Program-made: the position numbers and the translations under genes
Assembly (NCBI GenBank): GCA_965205215.1
Contig: OZ242041.1
Location: 1,952,001 to 2,016,000, forward strand
DNA from: Nitrosopumilus sp.
GTDB lineage: Archaea; Thermoproteota; Nitrososphaeria; Nitrososphaerales; Nitrosopumilaceae
Direction of reading: 5' to 3'
DNA: 64,000 bases
The notes under the pieces: model-generated
What the model was told of the DNA's origin: nothing
Seen by the model: only the letters and a program-made list of their open reading frames with translations
Database searches by the model: none
In this document: one piece after another, positions 37,701 through 47,911 of the stretch
How positions within the stretch are numbered: the stretch's first letter is position 1
Layout: every line of letters starts with the position of its first letter

Positions 37701-39434
37701 TCATGACCTTGGAATCTTGCGCCTGATCAGGAATCTTTCGCCCGGTAGATCCTTTATCAGTTCCCATCCTTCCGCTGTGCCCGCCAGCAGCTCGGCCTCG
37801 CCATCTGCGATCCTGCTCTCAAAGGGAGACTTTCTGGGGGGCCTGTCATTGGCGGCGGTAACCGAGGCTGCATCTGCCACCCGTATCGCCGTCGTCGTCG
37901 TTTCCCCCGCGCCGGAGGCATCCTTGTCCTCCTCCAAGGCAGTCGCGGATGCCGTCGAGCTATCATTGGGTCCCGCGCTATCGTCCTGCGCGGATGCCGC
38001 TGCGGCCTGTCGTGGCGACGGTGGTGACACATCCCTTGCCCCGTACAGAACCCCGCCTGCAAGCATGTCGTCGGGGTCCAGCCCGTACATCTTGGCCTGC
38101 TGCCTCCACATCCCGATCAGCATCTTGCGCCTGTCCTTTTCCGAGTCATATGTGGCGTCGGTGGACAGGAACGCCTGGCTTTGCTCAAACGCGCGCCTCA
38201 TGTCTTCCGTCATCTGCTCCGTCAGCCTGCCCTTGTTGGTGGTATACCTGGCTTCCATGTCCCCCTTGTGCCCCATGAAGAACTGCCGGTACGCGTGCGT
38301 CATGCACCCGTGGCTTTCTGCAATCAGGAGCTGGCTGTCAAAGTACGCCCTCAGCGCATAGGGGCGCGCCCTGAGCACGCTCCAGATTGCGGGGCGGGCG
38401 ATGGCGCCCAAGGCGGTGGTGGCCACGAACCCGTTTCCCCTATCGTCAAGCTTGCGCCACCCCTTGAGGCGGTATCCAAAGGCCACCGTCACGAGGGGCG
38501 AGCCGGGCCTCAGGACCTCGCCCCGGGCCATCCTCTCCCGGAGGTACCCGAGCACGTACTTGCAGCCCTCCTCGGCCAGAAATGTAAAGTACTTTTTCCG
38601 GATCTTGCTCAGCTGCGGCCTCACTATAACCATAGCGGGGATCCTGGAAAAGCGGGTGTGGCCGCCGTCGAGCACCAGGTCGGGCAGGTCCGATAGCACC
38701 AACCCGTCACTGCGGTCTGCAAGCCCCATGACCTGCGGCCTCACCCCGGCAAAGGCCATCATGCTTATGATTGCCCTGCTGCGCGGGTCTGCCGCGTCCA
38801 GTATCTTTTTGAGCTGTTCCTTGTCCGGCACCTTTTCGTCCTGGATGCTCACCGGCACGTCGGAGTTTGCGATCTTGATCTTGCGCTTGATCTCTATGTG
38901 GTTGTATTCCAGCCAGGACTTTACGGCGGCCAGCATCCCCTTGGTGTACCCGGGGGCGTACCTTTTCTCCTCCATCCACGACACGTGGTCAAGCAGCGTG
39001 TTTTCGGCCCTCATCGGGTCTCTCCTCCCCATCTTTGCCAGCTCGTGCGGCGTCATCCCCACCCTGTCGCAGAACAGGTTCAGCCGCCTGAGCCTGACGG
39101 TGCACGTGAGCATGCTGGACCTACGCAGGTTGTCGTGCCACCGCCTCACGTCCGGATCACTCAGCAGTAGGGTCGGGGGATCTTTTGCCATTCTGTTCCA
39201 GCTGTTAAAATTCGAATCTGATTCAAGAGGAGGCTTGCGTTTCGCGCCTACTCCTGCTGCCGACGAGGTTCTTTTGGATTTAAGCATTGGAGAGCCGGGT
39301 TTGCCTGCCTGAGCTCCCACGAATCCGGTGCCTTGCGCGGGGCCCAGCTTGTTATCACGCGCGTTACGCCCGGACATAGTGCTGTTGCGTTTGCCAGAAT
39401 TCTTGGCACGTGCACTAAGCATCATCGGGCCCAC
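37701..39434 (-). CDS. Archaeal tyrosine integrase, paralog A
   Basis: AGVRP (R), LSK (K), PYALR (YxxR), MGH and RY motifs; C-terminal EGWELIKDLPGERFLI motif. Confidence 0.9.
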   Translation of the reverse strand: MGPMMLSARAKNSGKRNSTMSGRNARDNKLGPAQGTGFVGAQAGKPGSPMLKSKRTSSAAGVGAKRKPPLESDSNFNSWNRMAKDPPTLLLSDPDVRRWHDNLRRSSMLTCTVRLRRLNLFCDRVGMTPHELAKMGRRDPMRAENTLLDHVSWMEEKRYAPGYTKGMLAAVKSWLEYNHIEIKRKIKIANSDVPVSIQDEKVPDKEQLKKILDAADPRSRAIISMMAFAGVRPQVMGLADRSDGLVLSDLPDLVLDGGHTRFSRIPAMVIVRPQLSKIRKKYFTFLAEEGCKYVLGYLRERMARGEVLRPGSPLVTVAFGYRLKGWRKLDDRGNGFVATTALGAIARPAIWSVLRARPYALRAYFDSQLLIAESHGCMTHAYRQFFMGHKGDMEARYTTNKGRLTEQMTEDMRRAFEQSQAFLSTDATYDSEKDRRKMLIGMWRQQAKMYGLDPDDMLAGGVLYGARDVSPPSPRQAAAASAQDDSAGPNDSSTASATALEEDKDASGAGETTTTAIRVADAASVTAANDRPPRKSPFESRIADGEAELLAGTAEGWELIKDLPGERFLIRRKIPRS

Positions 39435-39686
39435 TGTATATAATCACTTAATCAGCACAGTAACGACGAGAAGTCAGATCACAAGCCATCCGACGGGAAG
39501 CAGGGCCGCGCACTGGGCTCAACCCGCAGCGGCCTGTCCTGCCGCCGTGCTATCGCTTCCACCGCAGAATACTCCCGGGCATCCCAGGACGCCTGAGAAA
39601 CAGGCGCGATGGGACGATAATTCGGGCACGAGGACGGGAGGCAAAGTGGGAGATCGGGATTACGCGCCGCTGGTATCCAACTGTCA

Positions 39687-41306
39687 CTAACCTCCGGCTG
39701 CAATTCGGGGGGCACAGTCGGGCACGCGCGGAAAGAACTGATCCCACGGCGAGAACGGCGGCGACGCCACGACCAGGCATACAAAGTCATCTGCCGAGGT
39801 TACGAAGACCTTGTGGGCCGTGCCGCCGGGAATCATCAGATAGTCGCCTTCCCCTACTGCAAAGCCAGACGCGGAGGACGGATCGTTCGGATCCCATGTC
39901 ACTATCACGGCCGTCCCGCCCAGCACCACATACGCCTCATCGGACGTCAGATGGTAGTGGCCGTCCGTGGCCGTGCCGGGATTGAACGTCGCCTTTGCGA
40001 CCGAAAACGACCCCAGGTAATCCGGGCCGAACCGCCGTAACCCGCCCCACGGCCTGGGCGCGTCCGTCATGTCCCCGGATTTGTGCAGGCGGGGCGGGCT
40101 TGCGGGTGCTGCTGTTGCGGCCGTCCCGGCGGCTGCAGTCCTCTCGGACAGTCGTGAGACATGCCTCTCAATGTCCGCGTCCATCCTGTTGATGCCCTCG
40201 GAAAGCTCCTCCGGCTTGGTTTTGATCACAGTCAGAACTATCAACGAGAATACGAGATCGATTGCGTCGGCGGGCGTTCCGTTTGACAGCCTCAGGTTGA
40301 TCGGGTGCGCGGAGCACAGTATCGTGACCGTCTTGCGCGCCCCCGTCTTGGCCATCCTGCACACCAAGTCGTCACCGGCCTTGGTTATGTCGATCCTGGC
40401 CCTGTTTAGCGTGAGGGACGCAGGCCTGCACATAACCTCGGATATCTCACCGTGCCCGCTGCCGGCGTTGAGCACCATGGCGCCGTCCTTCATTATGAGG
40501 AACTGCTCCACGCCAAGGCACGAACCGTCGCCGTCGGGCGTGCATGATATTATGATATCCTGCTCCGGCAGAACCTTGTTCATCTCCGACACGCCCAGGG
40601 AGCGAAACCCGTGGGCCGACGCGAGCGCCCTTTTCGTGGGATCGGTGTCTGCCACCGAGACCGCGCCTCCGTGTGACCTGCAGGCCGCGGACATGCCGCT
40701 GCCCACGCTCCCGTACCCCAGAACCAGGACGTTCTTGCGCGCCAGCGAGACGGACCTTCGATTGACCAGTGCCGAGAGCGCTGCCTCCGGAGTGGCCATC
40801 GAGTTTTCTATCCCCAGCTTCAGCGCGGATCCGGCCGCGCTGACCACGGGCCAGGGAGGCGCAACGCCGCCCGGGCCGTCGCCGCCAAGCCGGAATATCC
40901 CGTTCGTGGTCTGCTCTATGCTGAATATCCCGGGCTTGACGCCCCACTTTCCATCGTACAGCGCGCTTATTCTCATGCCGTCCTCTATGATTACGTCTAT
41001 TTTCGGCGCGACCCCCGGAACGTCCCCGTAGGAGATCACCTCGCACCCCTCTAGGCTGCGGGCGCCCTCCACGCATGCCACGTCTGCGCTGTACCCTATC
41101 GGGACGTAAAAGACCGACGCGCCCAGGTGTAGCAGTGTCCGAACCAGCTCAACCGTTGCCTCCGTGGCATGCGTGCACAGCAGGATGTTCCTGCCCGCAA
41201 GGCAGCCTGCCCCGGACTTCCCTCGGATCCCCTCCAGGATGCGCATTCGGGGGCGTGCGGGGATCACCGCGCCCGCCTCACTGCTGTCAGTTCCCACTGC
41301 CTCCAC
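39687..41306 (-). CDS. Divergent S-adenosylhomocysteine hydrolase-like protein fused to a C-terminal cupin
   Basis: CTHATEAT, EDG, EQTTNG, KLGIEN, GYGSVG, NAG and INL..GTP follow AHCY motif order. Cupin motifs HYHLTSDEAY and IPGGTAH. Start may be ATG 41246. Confidence 0.8.
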   Translation of the reverse strand: MEAVGTDSSEAGAVIPARPRMRILEGIRGKSGAGCLAGRNILLCTHATEATVELVRTLLHLGASVFYVPIGYSADVACVEGARSLEGCEVISYGDVPGVAPKIDVIIEDGMRISALYDGKWGVKPGIFSIEQTTNGIFRLGGDGPGGVAPPWPVVSAAGSALKLGIENSMATPEAALSALVNRRSVSLARKNVLVLGYGSVGSGMSAACRSHGGAVSVADTDPTKRALASAHGFRSLGVSEMNKVLPEQDIIISCTPDGDGSCLGVEQFLIMKDGAMVLNAGSGHGEISEVMCRPASLTLNRARIDITKAGDDLVCRMAKTGARKTVTILCSAHPINLRLSNGTPADAIDLVFSLIVLTVIKTKPEELSEGINRMDADIERHVSRLSERTAAAGTAATAAPASPPRLHKSGDMTDAPRPWGGLRRFGPDYLGSFSVAKATFNPGTATDGHYHLTSDEAYVVLGGTAVIVTWDPNDPSSASGFAVGEGDYLMIPGGTAHKVFVTSADDFVCLVVASPPFSPWDQFFPRVPDCAPRIAAGG

Positions 41307-42025
41307 TCCCCGGTTTTCGGGGGCAGCCGCCTCTCCGTCCTTTCAACCGGCGTACCCAGAGGATCGAATCCCGCCCGGCGGAGCCCCGACTCGAGCTCGC
41401 GCCTTGCAAAGAAATGTATGCGGAGCCCTTTCTTGGGGCCCGCTGAATAGACGACGGTGAACCCGCCATAGTCGTTTCTCTCCACAACCTCGTGCGGGTG
41501 GTAGACGTCCGTGCCGGCCGAATTTACGCGCAAAAACAGCAGCCCGCCGGGCCGCAGTACGGCCGCGGCCCGCTCAAGGTACCTCTGGGCCGTTCGCCCG
41601 TCGCCGTGCTGGAACGTCTGTATGGACACGAGATAGTCCACCGCCCCCGGCATGTCACAACTGCCGTCAAGAAAGTTCCCGCGGGACACGCGCCCCGTAT
41701 GCTCCGGGTGCTTCTGCAGCAGGCTGCGTATGCCGGACTCTGACACGTCGATACCGTGGAGGCCGCCGCATGCAGCGGCCAGCGGCGCGTAGTTGCGCCC
41801 GCTCCCGCACCCGACGTAGACGCCGCGCCCGCCCGTTTGGCCGCGCTTGCGCAGCTCGCCTATGATCACGCGGACGAACGGCACCGGGGGCTCGGCCTCG
41901 TACCTGCCGGACTCGTACTCGCGGTCCCAGCACTGCGCGATGTCTTCACTGCCGTCGCCCTCTCCGCGTCCCATTCCACAGCTCTGGCCGCACGTTGCAT
42001 AAAACCCCTCCTTCTCACCCATCAA
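41264..42025 (-). CDS. Class I SAM-dependent methyltransferase
   Basis: VGCGSGRN motif I, GIDVS, and LRPGGLLFL. Confidence 0.88.
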   Translation of the reverse strand: MMGEKEGFYATCGQSCGMGRGEGDGSEDIAQCWDREYESGRYEAEPPVPFVRVIIGELRKRGQTGGRGVYVGCGSGRNYAPLAAACGGLHGIDVSESGIRSLLQKHPEHTGRVSRGNFLDGSCDMPGAVDYLVSIQTFQHGDGRTAQRYLERAAAVLRPGGLLFLRVNSAGTDVYHPHEVVERNDYGGFTVVYSAGPKKGLRIHFFARRELESGLRRAGFDPLGTPVERTERRLPPKTGEWRQWELTAVRRAR

Positions 42026-42400
42026 TGGCCTGGGCTATCATCCTCCGTCGCCGTCGTCACAATGCTCAACTGCATTATTCCTAGGTGGTGGCGAACCGCA
42101 TCGTTGGCATCTTGCTGCCGTCTACCCCTCGCCGCCACTCCCCAGCCTCTGGGGCCCGCCAGCCCTCCGATCCTTCTACGATGACGGCCGTCATCAGGCC
42201 GAACTCCGCCCAGCGTAGTCTTGACTCGAGCTCACGTTTTGCAGACCCCAAACTGATCGAGTTCAGACGGCAGGAAGAAAGCGGGCTGAGGAAAATATTG
42301 TTCATGCGTTAATATTCACGGTCCTATTGCCAATTCGTGACCTTCTCTCAAACGCACCGCCGCAAGCGCCGTTTTTATGCCTGTGTGCAGCCCACAAAAC

Positions 42401-42841
42401 ATGTCAACAACGCCCGACGACATCACCGTACTGGCCAGCACCATAAAAAAGCTGAATAGCATTACAGACGAGCTGGTACAGAAAGTAGCCACGCTGGAGA
42501 CTGAAGTCGAGGGGCTGAAAGACCTCCTGAAGGACGGCACCATTACGGCTACTAGAGACGGAGGGACTGCACAGCCCGAACCCAATATCGAGGTAAACGT
42601 CATATCGTGCCAAAAATCCTCTGGGGATGTCGAAGTCAAGGGAAGCATAACCAACACCGGAGACACGACCCATACAATCAGGTACATCGCTTTTCTGACG
42701 GACTCCAACGGGAACATGATAACGTTTGAGGACGGCACCGTATACGATCTCGATCCGGGGCAGACAGAGTATGTCACTGAATGGATCGAGCACAGTGGCA
42801 AGTGGCACGAATGCGGCCTGAAAGTCACGGGCATCGAGTAG
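42401..42841 (+). CDS. Coiled-coil plus FxLYD-like Ig domain protein
   Basis: VKGSITNTG...AFLTDSNGNMI...LDPGQT pattern. Confidence 0.65.
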   Translation: MSTTPDDITVLASTIKKLNSITDELVQKVATLETEVEGLKDLLKDGTITATRDGGTAQPEPNIEVNVISCQKSSGDVEVKGSITNTGDTTHTIRYIAFLTDSNGNMITFEDGTVYDLDPGQTEYVTEWIEHSGKWHECGLKVTGIE

Positions 42842-42943
42842 AAGCGACATATTCCTCATCACCCTCCAACTTTCCAATCCCCGTGGCTTGAGGGTCTGAG
42901 TGTGTAAAAATTATAACGACAGTTCTGATTGTCGGCAATCCTA

Positions 42944-43189
42944 CTACTTCTTTTTTAGGTCTCTCATCTTTATAGTGAGAGATTTGAAGTATTCATACGG
43001 CAACTGAATCCGATTCATTCTTTCTTTCACATACGTCTCAGTCATCTCATCAAACCCAATGATGACGGACGCCCCCTGCTTGTTATGCGTGAACCAAACG
43101 ATCTCATTGGATTCGTCTGAGACCTGCATTTCAAACCCCAAGTTTTCAAGGGCAATTCGGACAGTAGAAAAAGAAAAAATTGCCATCAA
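42944..43189 (-). CDS. HicA-like small protein
   Basis: VRIALENLGFE...WFTH..SVII alpha-beta-beta-beta-alpha pattern; coupled to the upstream HicB-like gene; lacks the GSH motif. Confidence 0.5.
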   Translation of the reverse strand: MMAIFSFSTVRIALENLGFEMQVSDESNEIVWFTHNKQGASVIIGFDEMTETYVKERMNRIQLPYEYFKSLTIKMRDLKKK

Positions 43190-43398
43190 TTCCGCCTCTG
43201 TAGTCGTGCCTTACCCTTGATCAGGATGGCGTGCGGGTCTTTGGGGTATTTCTGAGCATACAACTTGGCCGCTGCATGTATCGCATCGTCCAACTTGGAT
43301 TCGTCCTTAGAAGAGACGGAGATCATGGCATTCGAGTCACATGTGGCTATAAAGCCGTCAGGATCTCGGATTACAGTATATGTCAGATCATTCTTCAT
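43186..43398 (-). CDS. HicB-like small protein
   Basis: YTVIRDPDGFIATC...ISVSSKDESKLDDAIHAAAKLY matches the HicB N-domain pattern. Confidence 0.6.
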   Translation of the reverse strand: MKNDLTYTVIRDPDGFIATCDSNAMISVSSKDESKLDDAIHAAAKLYAQKYPKDPHAILIKGKARLQRRN

Positions 43399-43509
43399 GG
43401 CACAATGTTGGAATATGCCAATTTAAGCTTTTCAAAGAACAATTTGTCAGATTTCGTGCCTACTAATCAACATTCATGCCCAAGATGTTGATTATACTCA
43501 TACACCCGT

Positions 43510-43830
43510 ATGTGGTATGTGGTAAGGTGCCTGCTTCTGGTCGGCGCCGGATACCAGTCAACATTTAAGGCTCCCAGCCGCAACACCCCCGTGAACACGC
43601 GCAAATATGCCGTCTATTTCGACAAGCGGAACACACACATCAGCATCCACGGCCCGGGCTACATCCAGAGACGAAAACGCGGGGGAATACACGCGTACTA
43701 GAAGAGCGGAGAATGGAGGTTCTTTGCGGAGGAAGGTGAGGCGCGGGAGTACGCAAGTGTGGTGTCCGAGAAAGAGCATATCGGCCATGTGGAGGACTGC
43801 CAGCTCTGCAAAAACCGGGGCCGGTTATAA
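43510..43830 (+). pseudogene. Small putative metal-binding protein interrupted by an in-frame TAG
   Basis: After TAG (43699-43701) the frame continues KSGEWRFFAEEGEAREYASVVSEKEHIGHVEDCQLCKNRGRL to TAA 43830. Confidence 0.5.
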
Positions 43831-43938
43831 GAACGCGGGCACCGCATCTCAGAAGGTCAAGCGGGCAACTGCTGTGTCCATATCACGAATTGTGACATAC
43901 CCGATCATTAAATTGTTAAATATCCCCCACCGATCATC

Positions 43939-44193
43939 GTGACAATGAGTTCAGGTATATCATCAGACATGATGGAAATACTCATGAAGAAGCTCTTGGG
44001 TTGTAAGCAACTCAGTGACTCGGTAAAGACAGAAGACAAACAGCGCGTACTGGATGCGTTGATAGAATGCGCCATGACAGATATTCAGTTGATGCGCCGC
44101 GCGCCTGGCATGGACCGAGTGGGCCTGGTACCCGTCATGAGTGACGAAGAAGAGGCAGAATTTAGGAAAAATCTGCAAAGGATCTGTACTTAA
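43939..44193 (+). CDS. Small hypothetical protein
   Basis: 84-aa ORF with helical composition; no family recognised. Confidence 0.5.
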   Translation: MTMSSGISSDMMEILMKKLLGCKQLSDSVKTEDKQRVLDALIECAMTDIQLMRRAPGMDRVGLVPVMSDEEEAEFRKNLQRICT

Positions 44194-44361
44194 GATCTGC
44201 CTTAATTTTTCACAAAACTCTTTAAGGATTTTTTTAACCTTCGGTGAAATCTCTTCCATGGCCTGTGTAGGCACTATTCGTATTTAGTAATATACACGGC
44301 TGGATAGTTCCATTATAATACGATAGCCAACACAGATCGCAAGTGCCGGGGTGTAGTTAAT

Positions 44362-44736
44362 ATGGCGTTGGACAGGAGGAGTGGTAAGATGGTGGGGGAT
44401 AACAGGGCGCCAGCTGACGAGTATGCGACGGTATTTAGCGAACTCAACAAGATTATCGAGGCAAGCATGAAGACGACGGAGGAGCTCAATGCAGCGGTTA
44501 AACCATATGTAGAGATGATGGAGAAGATCGAGGCGTCGACTAAGCCATATGTAGAGATGATGGAGAAGGCCGAGGCGTCGACTAAGCCATATGTAGAGAT
44601 GATGGAGGAGCTCAATGCAGCGGTTAAACCATATGTAGAAATGATGAAGAAGGCCGAGGCGTCGGTTAGCGAATTCAAGAAGCGTATGATGGAGCATATG
44701 GAGAGGATGGATCGGCTCGCGACATCGTTTGACTAA
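44362..44736 (+). CDS. Small helical protein with four 14-aa repeats (KPYVEMMEK/E)
   Basis: ccatatgtaga occurs at 44503, 44545, 44587 and 44629 (42-bp period). Confidence 0.7.
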   Translation: MALDRRSGKMVGDNRAPADEYATVFSELNKIIEASMKTTEELNAAVKPYVEMMEKIEASTKPYVEMMEKAEASTKPYVEMMEELNAAVKPYVEMMKKAEASVSEFKKRMMEHMERMDRLATSFD

Positions 44737-44931
44737 TCCAGTGGCGCTTGTAGAACGGTCAAATGACTAGGGTACGACACTTTTAGTAGCCTCTCGGTCG
44801 GTCAGCCCACCGCCGCGTTATGCAGGATGTTTCGTTGCTCTCTCCCCATGCCTAGCAACCGAATTGTAAGCAGAACCAAAATGAGTAATGCTTAATTTAC
44901 GTTATGCCATAGAGTATGGTAGAATGGGAAC

Positions 44932-45174
44932 GTGGAACCACACATGGATCTCACCAGCATCCTAAGGTCCCTGTGCCTGACAAGGGACGACTTTACGGTC
45001 TCCACCCGTTGCAGGCTTAAGGGGCACGTAGTAAACGGGAAGATACTGGACGGCCTTGAGCCGGGCAACGACTGGGAAGCCGCGGAGTGCGAAAAGTGCC
45101 ACTTTCCAGTCTACGTGCGTAGAGATCCAGAAAACAAGGAATATTACATCATAGTAGAGGAACTATATGAATGA
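44932..45174 (+). CDS. Small putative Zn-binding protein
   Basis: CRLKGH...CEKC; ATGA overlap with the next gene. Confidence 0.6.
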   Translation: MEPHMDLTSILRSLCLTRDDFTVSTRCRLKGHVVNGKILDGLEPGNDWEAAECEKCHFPVYVRRDPENKEYYIIVEELYE

Positions 45175-45800
45175 GCACGCCCCGAACGGGTGCAGTCAAG
45201 CGCAGGGAGTTCTACGTACAGGCCGTCCACATCCTGTTTGCCATAATACTGGCACAGAGCTTTATACTGGCCTCACAGGTCATGATACCGATCCACGCCA
45301 TACTTGAGCTGGACAACCGCGAGACAGTCTCCACGCTTATGTTCTCATATCTGCTGATCGTCTTGGGGTGGATAGGGTACGCTAGGACCACATCCATCAG
45401 CCCGTACAGGGACACGGCTTGGAGCGTAGCGCGGTTCGTCCTAGACCTTGTAATACTCTTCGGGTACTTCTACCTTCTCCAGATCTCCCAGACGAAGAAC
45501 GTGGGGGACTTTCCATTGGTTGTAATGGCAATATCCCTCATGTACATGCTGTCCGACAACGTAAAGCAACGGGAACGTCCATTGCAGGATGAGCGGTGGG
45601 TCATACGCAGGAGGGGTACCACCAAGCTGCTGTTCATAGGAGTCGCTCTGGTCGCGGTGATGCATGACGACGGTATGTTTGATGACGTGTCGGCATGGAT
45701 TTGCGTTGACCCGCATATCCTAGTCATCGGTATCCTTACCCTCCTAATAGTACTGCATGGGATCGGCAGGTGGCAGGTGGCAGAGAAGCACCATCTTTAA
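45171..45800 (+). CDS. Hypothetical integral membrane protein (about 6 TM)
   Basis: Alternating hydrophobic segments, including WIGY and RFVLDL. Confidence 0.7.
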   Translation: MSTPRTGAVKRREFYVQAVHILFAIILAQSFILASQVMIPIHAILELDNRETVSTLMFSYLLIVLGWIGYARTTSISPYRDTAWSVARFVLDLVILFGYFYLLQISQTKNVGDFPLVVMAISLMYMLSDNVKQRERPLQDERWVIRRRGTTKLLFIGVALVAVMHDDGMFDDVSAWICVDPHILVIGILTLLIVLHGIGRWQVAEKHHL

Positions 45801-46159
45801 TTCTTACCTTGACGTGTCCTTACATAACAAGCCAAATGCTACAAGAGTAGTTATGGCAAAGAACATGACTGGTCGATCAGACATAAGGCAGCCTATTATG
45901 GTTTTATCGGAAGTGCAAAATAACAAGGTTATGGTCAAACAAATCATGAATATTATGAAAAATGCCCCCCAAATTTTTCTCCGTGTCACTGTGCCTGTTT
46001 GCCTAGGAGAGATTATTTATAGATTTTAAGTACTGGTTCCGTTTCCAATTAGTGACCTAATGCCAATTTGGACTAGATTAGGCACGGCATAGATGCAGGT
46101 TGGGCGCAGGTCACGAATCGGAGGCAGAACCCGGTTTAGCTGCCCTGCTACCAATGTCA

Positions 46160-47911
46160 CTACCTTGGAATCTTGCGCCTGATCAGGAACCTCTCGCCGG
46201 GCAGATCCTTTACTAGGTCCCATCCTTCCGCGGTGTCCGCCAACAGATCGGCCTCACCGTCTGCAATCCTGCTCTCAAAGAGAGACGGTCTGGGGGCCTT
46301 GTTATCGGCGGTGACTGCAACCGAGGCTGCGTCTGACGCCTGTATCGATGTCGCCTGTATCGCCGGCACCGCCGTTTCCCCCGCGCTGGGGACACCTCTG
46401 TCCGCCTCCAAGGCAGTCGCGGGTGCCACCACGTCATCATTGATCCCCGCACTACCGTCCTGCGCGGACGCGGCTGCGGCCTGCCGCGGCGGCAGCGACG
46501 ACGGTACACCCCGCGCCCCGTCCAGAGTCCCGCCCACAAGCATGTCGTCGGGGTCCAGCCCGTACATCTTGGCCTGCTGCCTCCACATCCCGATCAGCAT
46601 CTTGCGCCTGTCCTTTTCCGAGTCATATGTGGCGTCGGTGGACAGAAATGGCTGGCTCTGCTCAAACGCGCGCCTCATGTCCTCTGTCATCTGATCCGTA
46701 AGCCTGCCCTTGTTTGTCGTATACCTGGCCTCCATGTCCCCCTTGTGTCCCATGAAGAACTGCCGGTACGCGTGCGTCATGCACCCGTGGCTCTCAGCGA
46801 TCAGGAGCTGGCTGTCAAAGTACGCCCTCAGCGCGTAGGGGCGCGCCCTGAGCACGCTCCAGATTATGGGACGGGCGATGGCGCCCAGGGCGGTGGTGGC
46901 CACGAACCCGTTTCCCCTCTCGTCAAGCTTGCGCCACCCCTTGAGATGGTATCCAAAGGCCACCGTCACGAGGGGCGAGCCGGGCCTCAGAACCTCGCCC
47001 CGGGCCATCCTCTCCTGGATGTACCCGAGCACGTACTTGCAGCCCTCCTCGGCCAGAAATGTAAAGTATTTTTTCCGGATCTTGCTCAGCTGCGGCCTCA
47101 CCACCACCATCGCGGGGGTCCGGGAAAAGCGGGTGTGGCTGCCGTCAAGCACCAGGTCCGGCAGGTCCGAGAGCACCAGTCCGTCACTGCGGTCTGCAAG
47201 CCCCAGTACCTGCGGCCTCACCCCGGCAAAGGCCATCATGCTTATGATTACCCGGCTCCTCGGATCCGCTGCATCCAGTATCTTTTTGAGCTGTTCCTTG
47301 TCCGGCACCTTTTCGTCCTGTATGCTCACCGGCACGTCCGAGTTTGCGATCTTGATCTTGCGCTTGATCTCTATGTGGTTGTATTCCATCCAAGACTTTA
47401 CGGCGGCCAGCATCCCCTTGGTGTACCCGGGGGCGTACCCTTTCTCCTCCATCCACGACACGTGGTCAAGCAGCGTGTTTTCGGCCCTCATCGGGTTCTT
47501 TCTTCCCATTTTCGCCAGCTCGCGCGGCGTCATTCCCACCCTGTCGCAGAACAGGTTCAGCCGCCTGAGCCTGACGGTGCACGTGAGCATGCTGGATCTG
47601 CGCAGGTTGTCGTGCCACCGCCTCACGTCAGGATCTCTCAGCAGTACGGCCGGGGGATCTCTTGCCATTCTGTTCCAGCTGCGCAGATTCAAAGTAGGTT
47701 TAAGACGCAGCCTTCGTTTCGTGCCTCCTCCTGTTGCCGGCCGGGTTCTCCGGGATTTAGTCGCTGGAGAGCCGGGTTTGCCTGCCTGAGCTCCCACGAA
47801 TCTGGTGCCTTGCGCGGGGCCCAGCTCGCCGTCACGCGCGTTACGCCCGGACATAGTGCTGTTGCGTTTGCCAGAATTCTTGGCACGTGCACTAAGCATC
47901 ATCGGGCCCAT
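46160..47911 (-). CDS. Archaeal tyrosine integrase, paralog B
   Basis: Near-identical core to paralog A with the same catalytic motifs. Homology begins at ATG GGC CCG (47911); the ORF track extends the frame to 47971. Confidence 0.9.
   Translation of the reverse strand: MGPMMLSARAKNSGKRNSTMSGRNARDGELGPAQGTRFVGAQAGKPGSPATKSRRTRPATGGGTKRRLRLKPTLNLRSWNRMARDPPAVLLRDPDVRRWHDNLRRSSMLTCTVRLRRLNLFCDRVGMTPRELAKMGRKNPMRAENTLLDHVSWMEEKGYAPGYTKGMLAAVKSWMEYNHIEIKRKIKIANSDVPVSIQDEKVPDKEQLKKILDAADPRSRVIISMMAFAGVRPQVLGLADRSDGLVLSDLPDLVLDGSHTRFSRTPAMVVVRPQLSKIRKKYFTFLAEEGCKYVLGYIQERMARGEVLRPGSPLVTVAFGYHLKGWRKLDERGNGFVATTALGAIARPIIWSVLRARPYALRAYFDSQLLIAESHGCMTHAYRQFFMGHKGDMEARYTTNKGRLTDQMTEDMRRAFEQSQPFLSTDATYDSEKDRRKMLIGMWRQQAKMYGLDPDDMLVGGTLDGARGVPSSLPPRQAAAASAQDGSAGINDDVVAPATALEADRGVPSAGETAVPAIQATSIQASDAASVAVTADNKAPRPSLFESRIADGEADLLADTAEGWDLVKDLPGERFLIRRKIPR

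Noticed and set aside
42081-46100. Integron-like cassette array between the integrases
   Set aside because: Genes lie in mixed orientations and I found no recurring attC-like repeat by eye.
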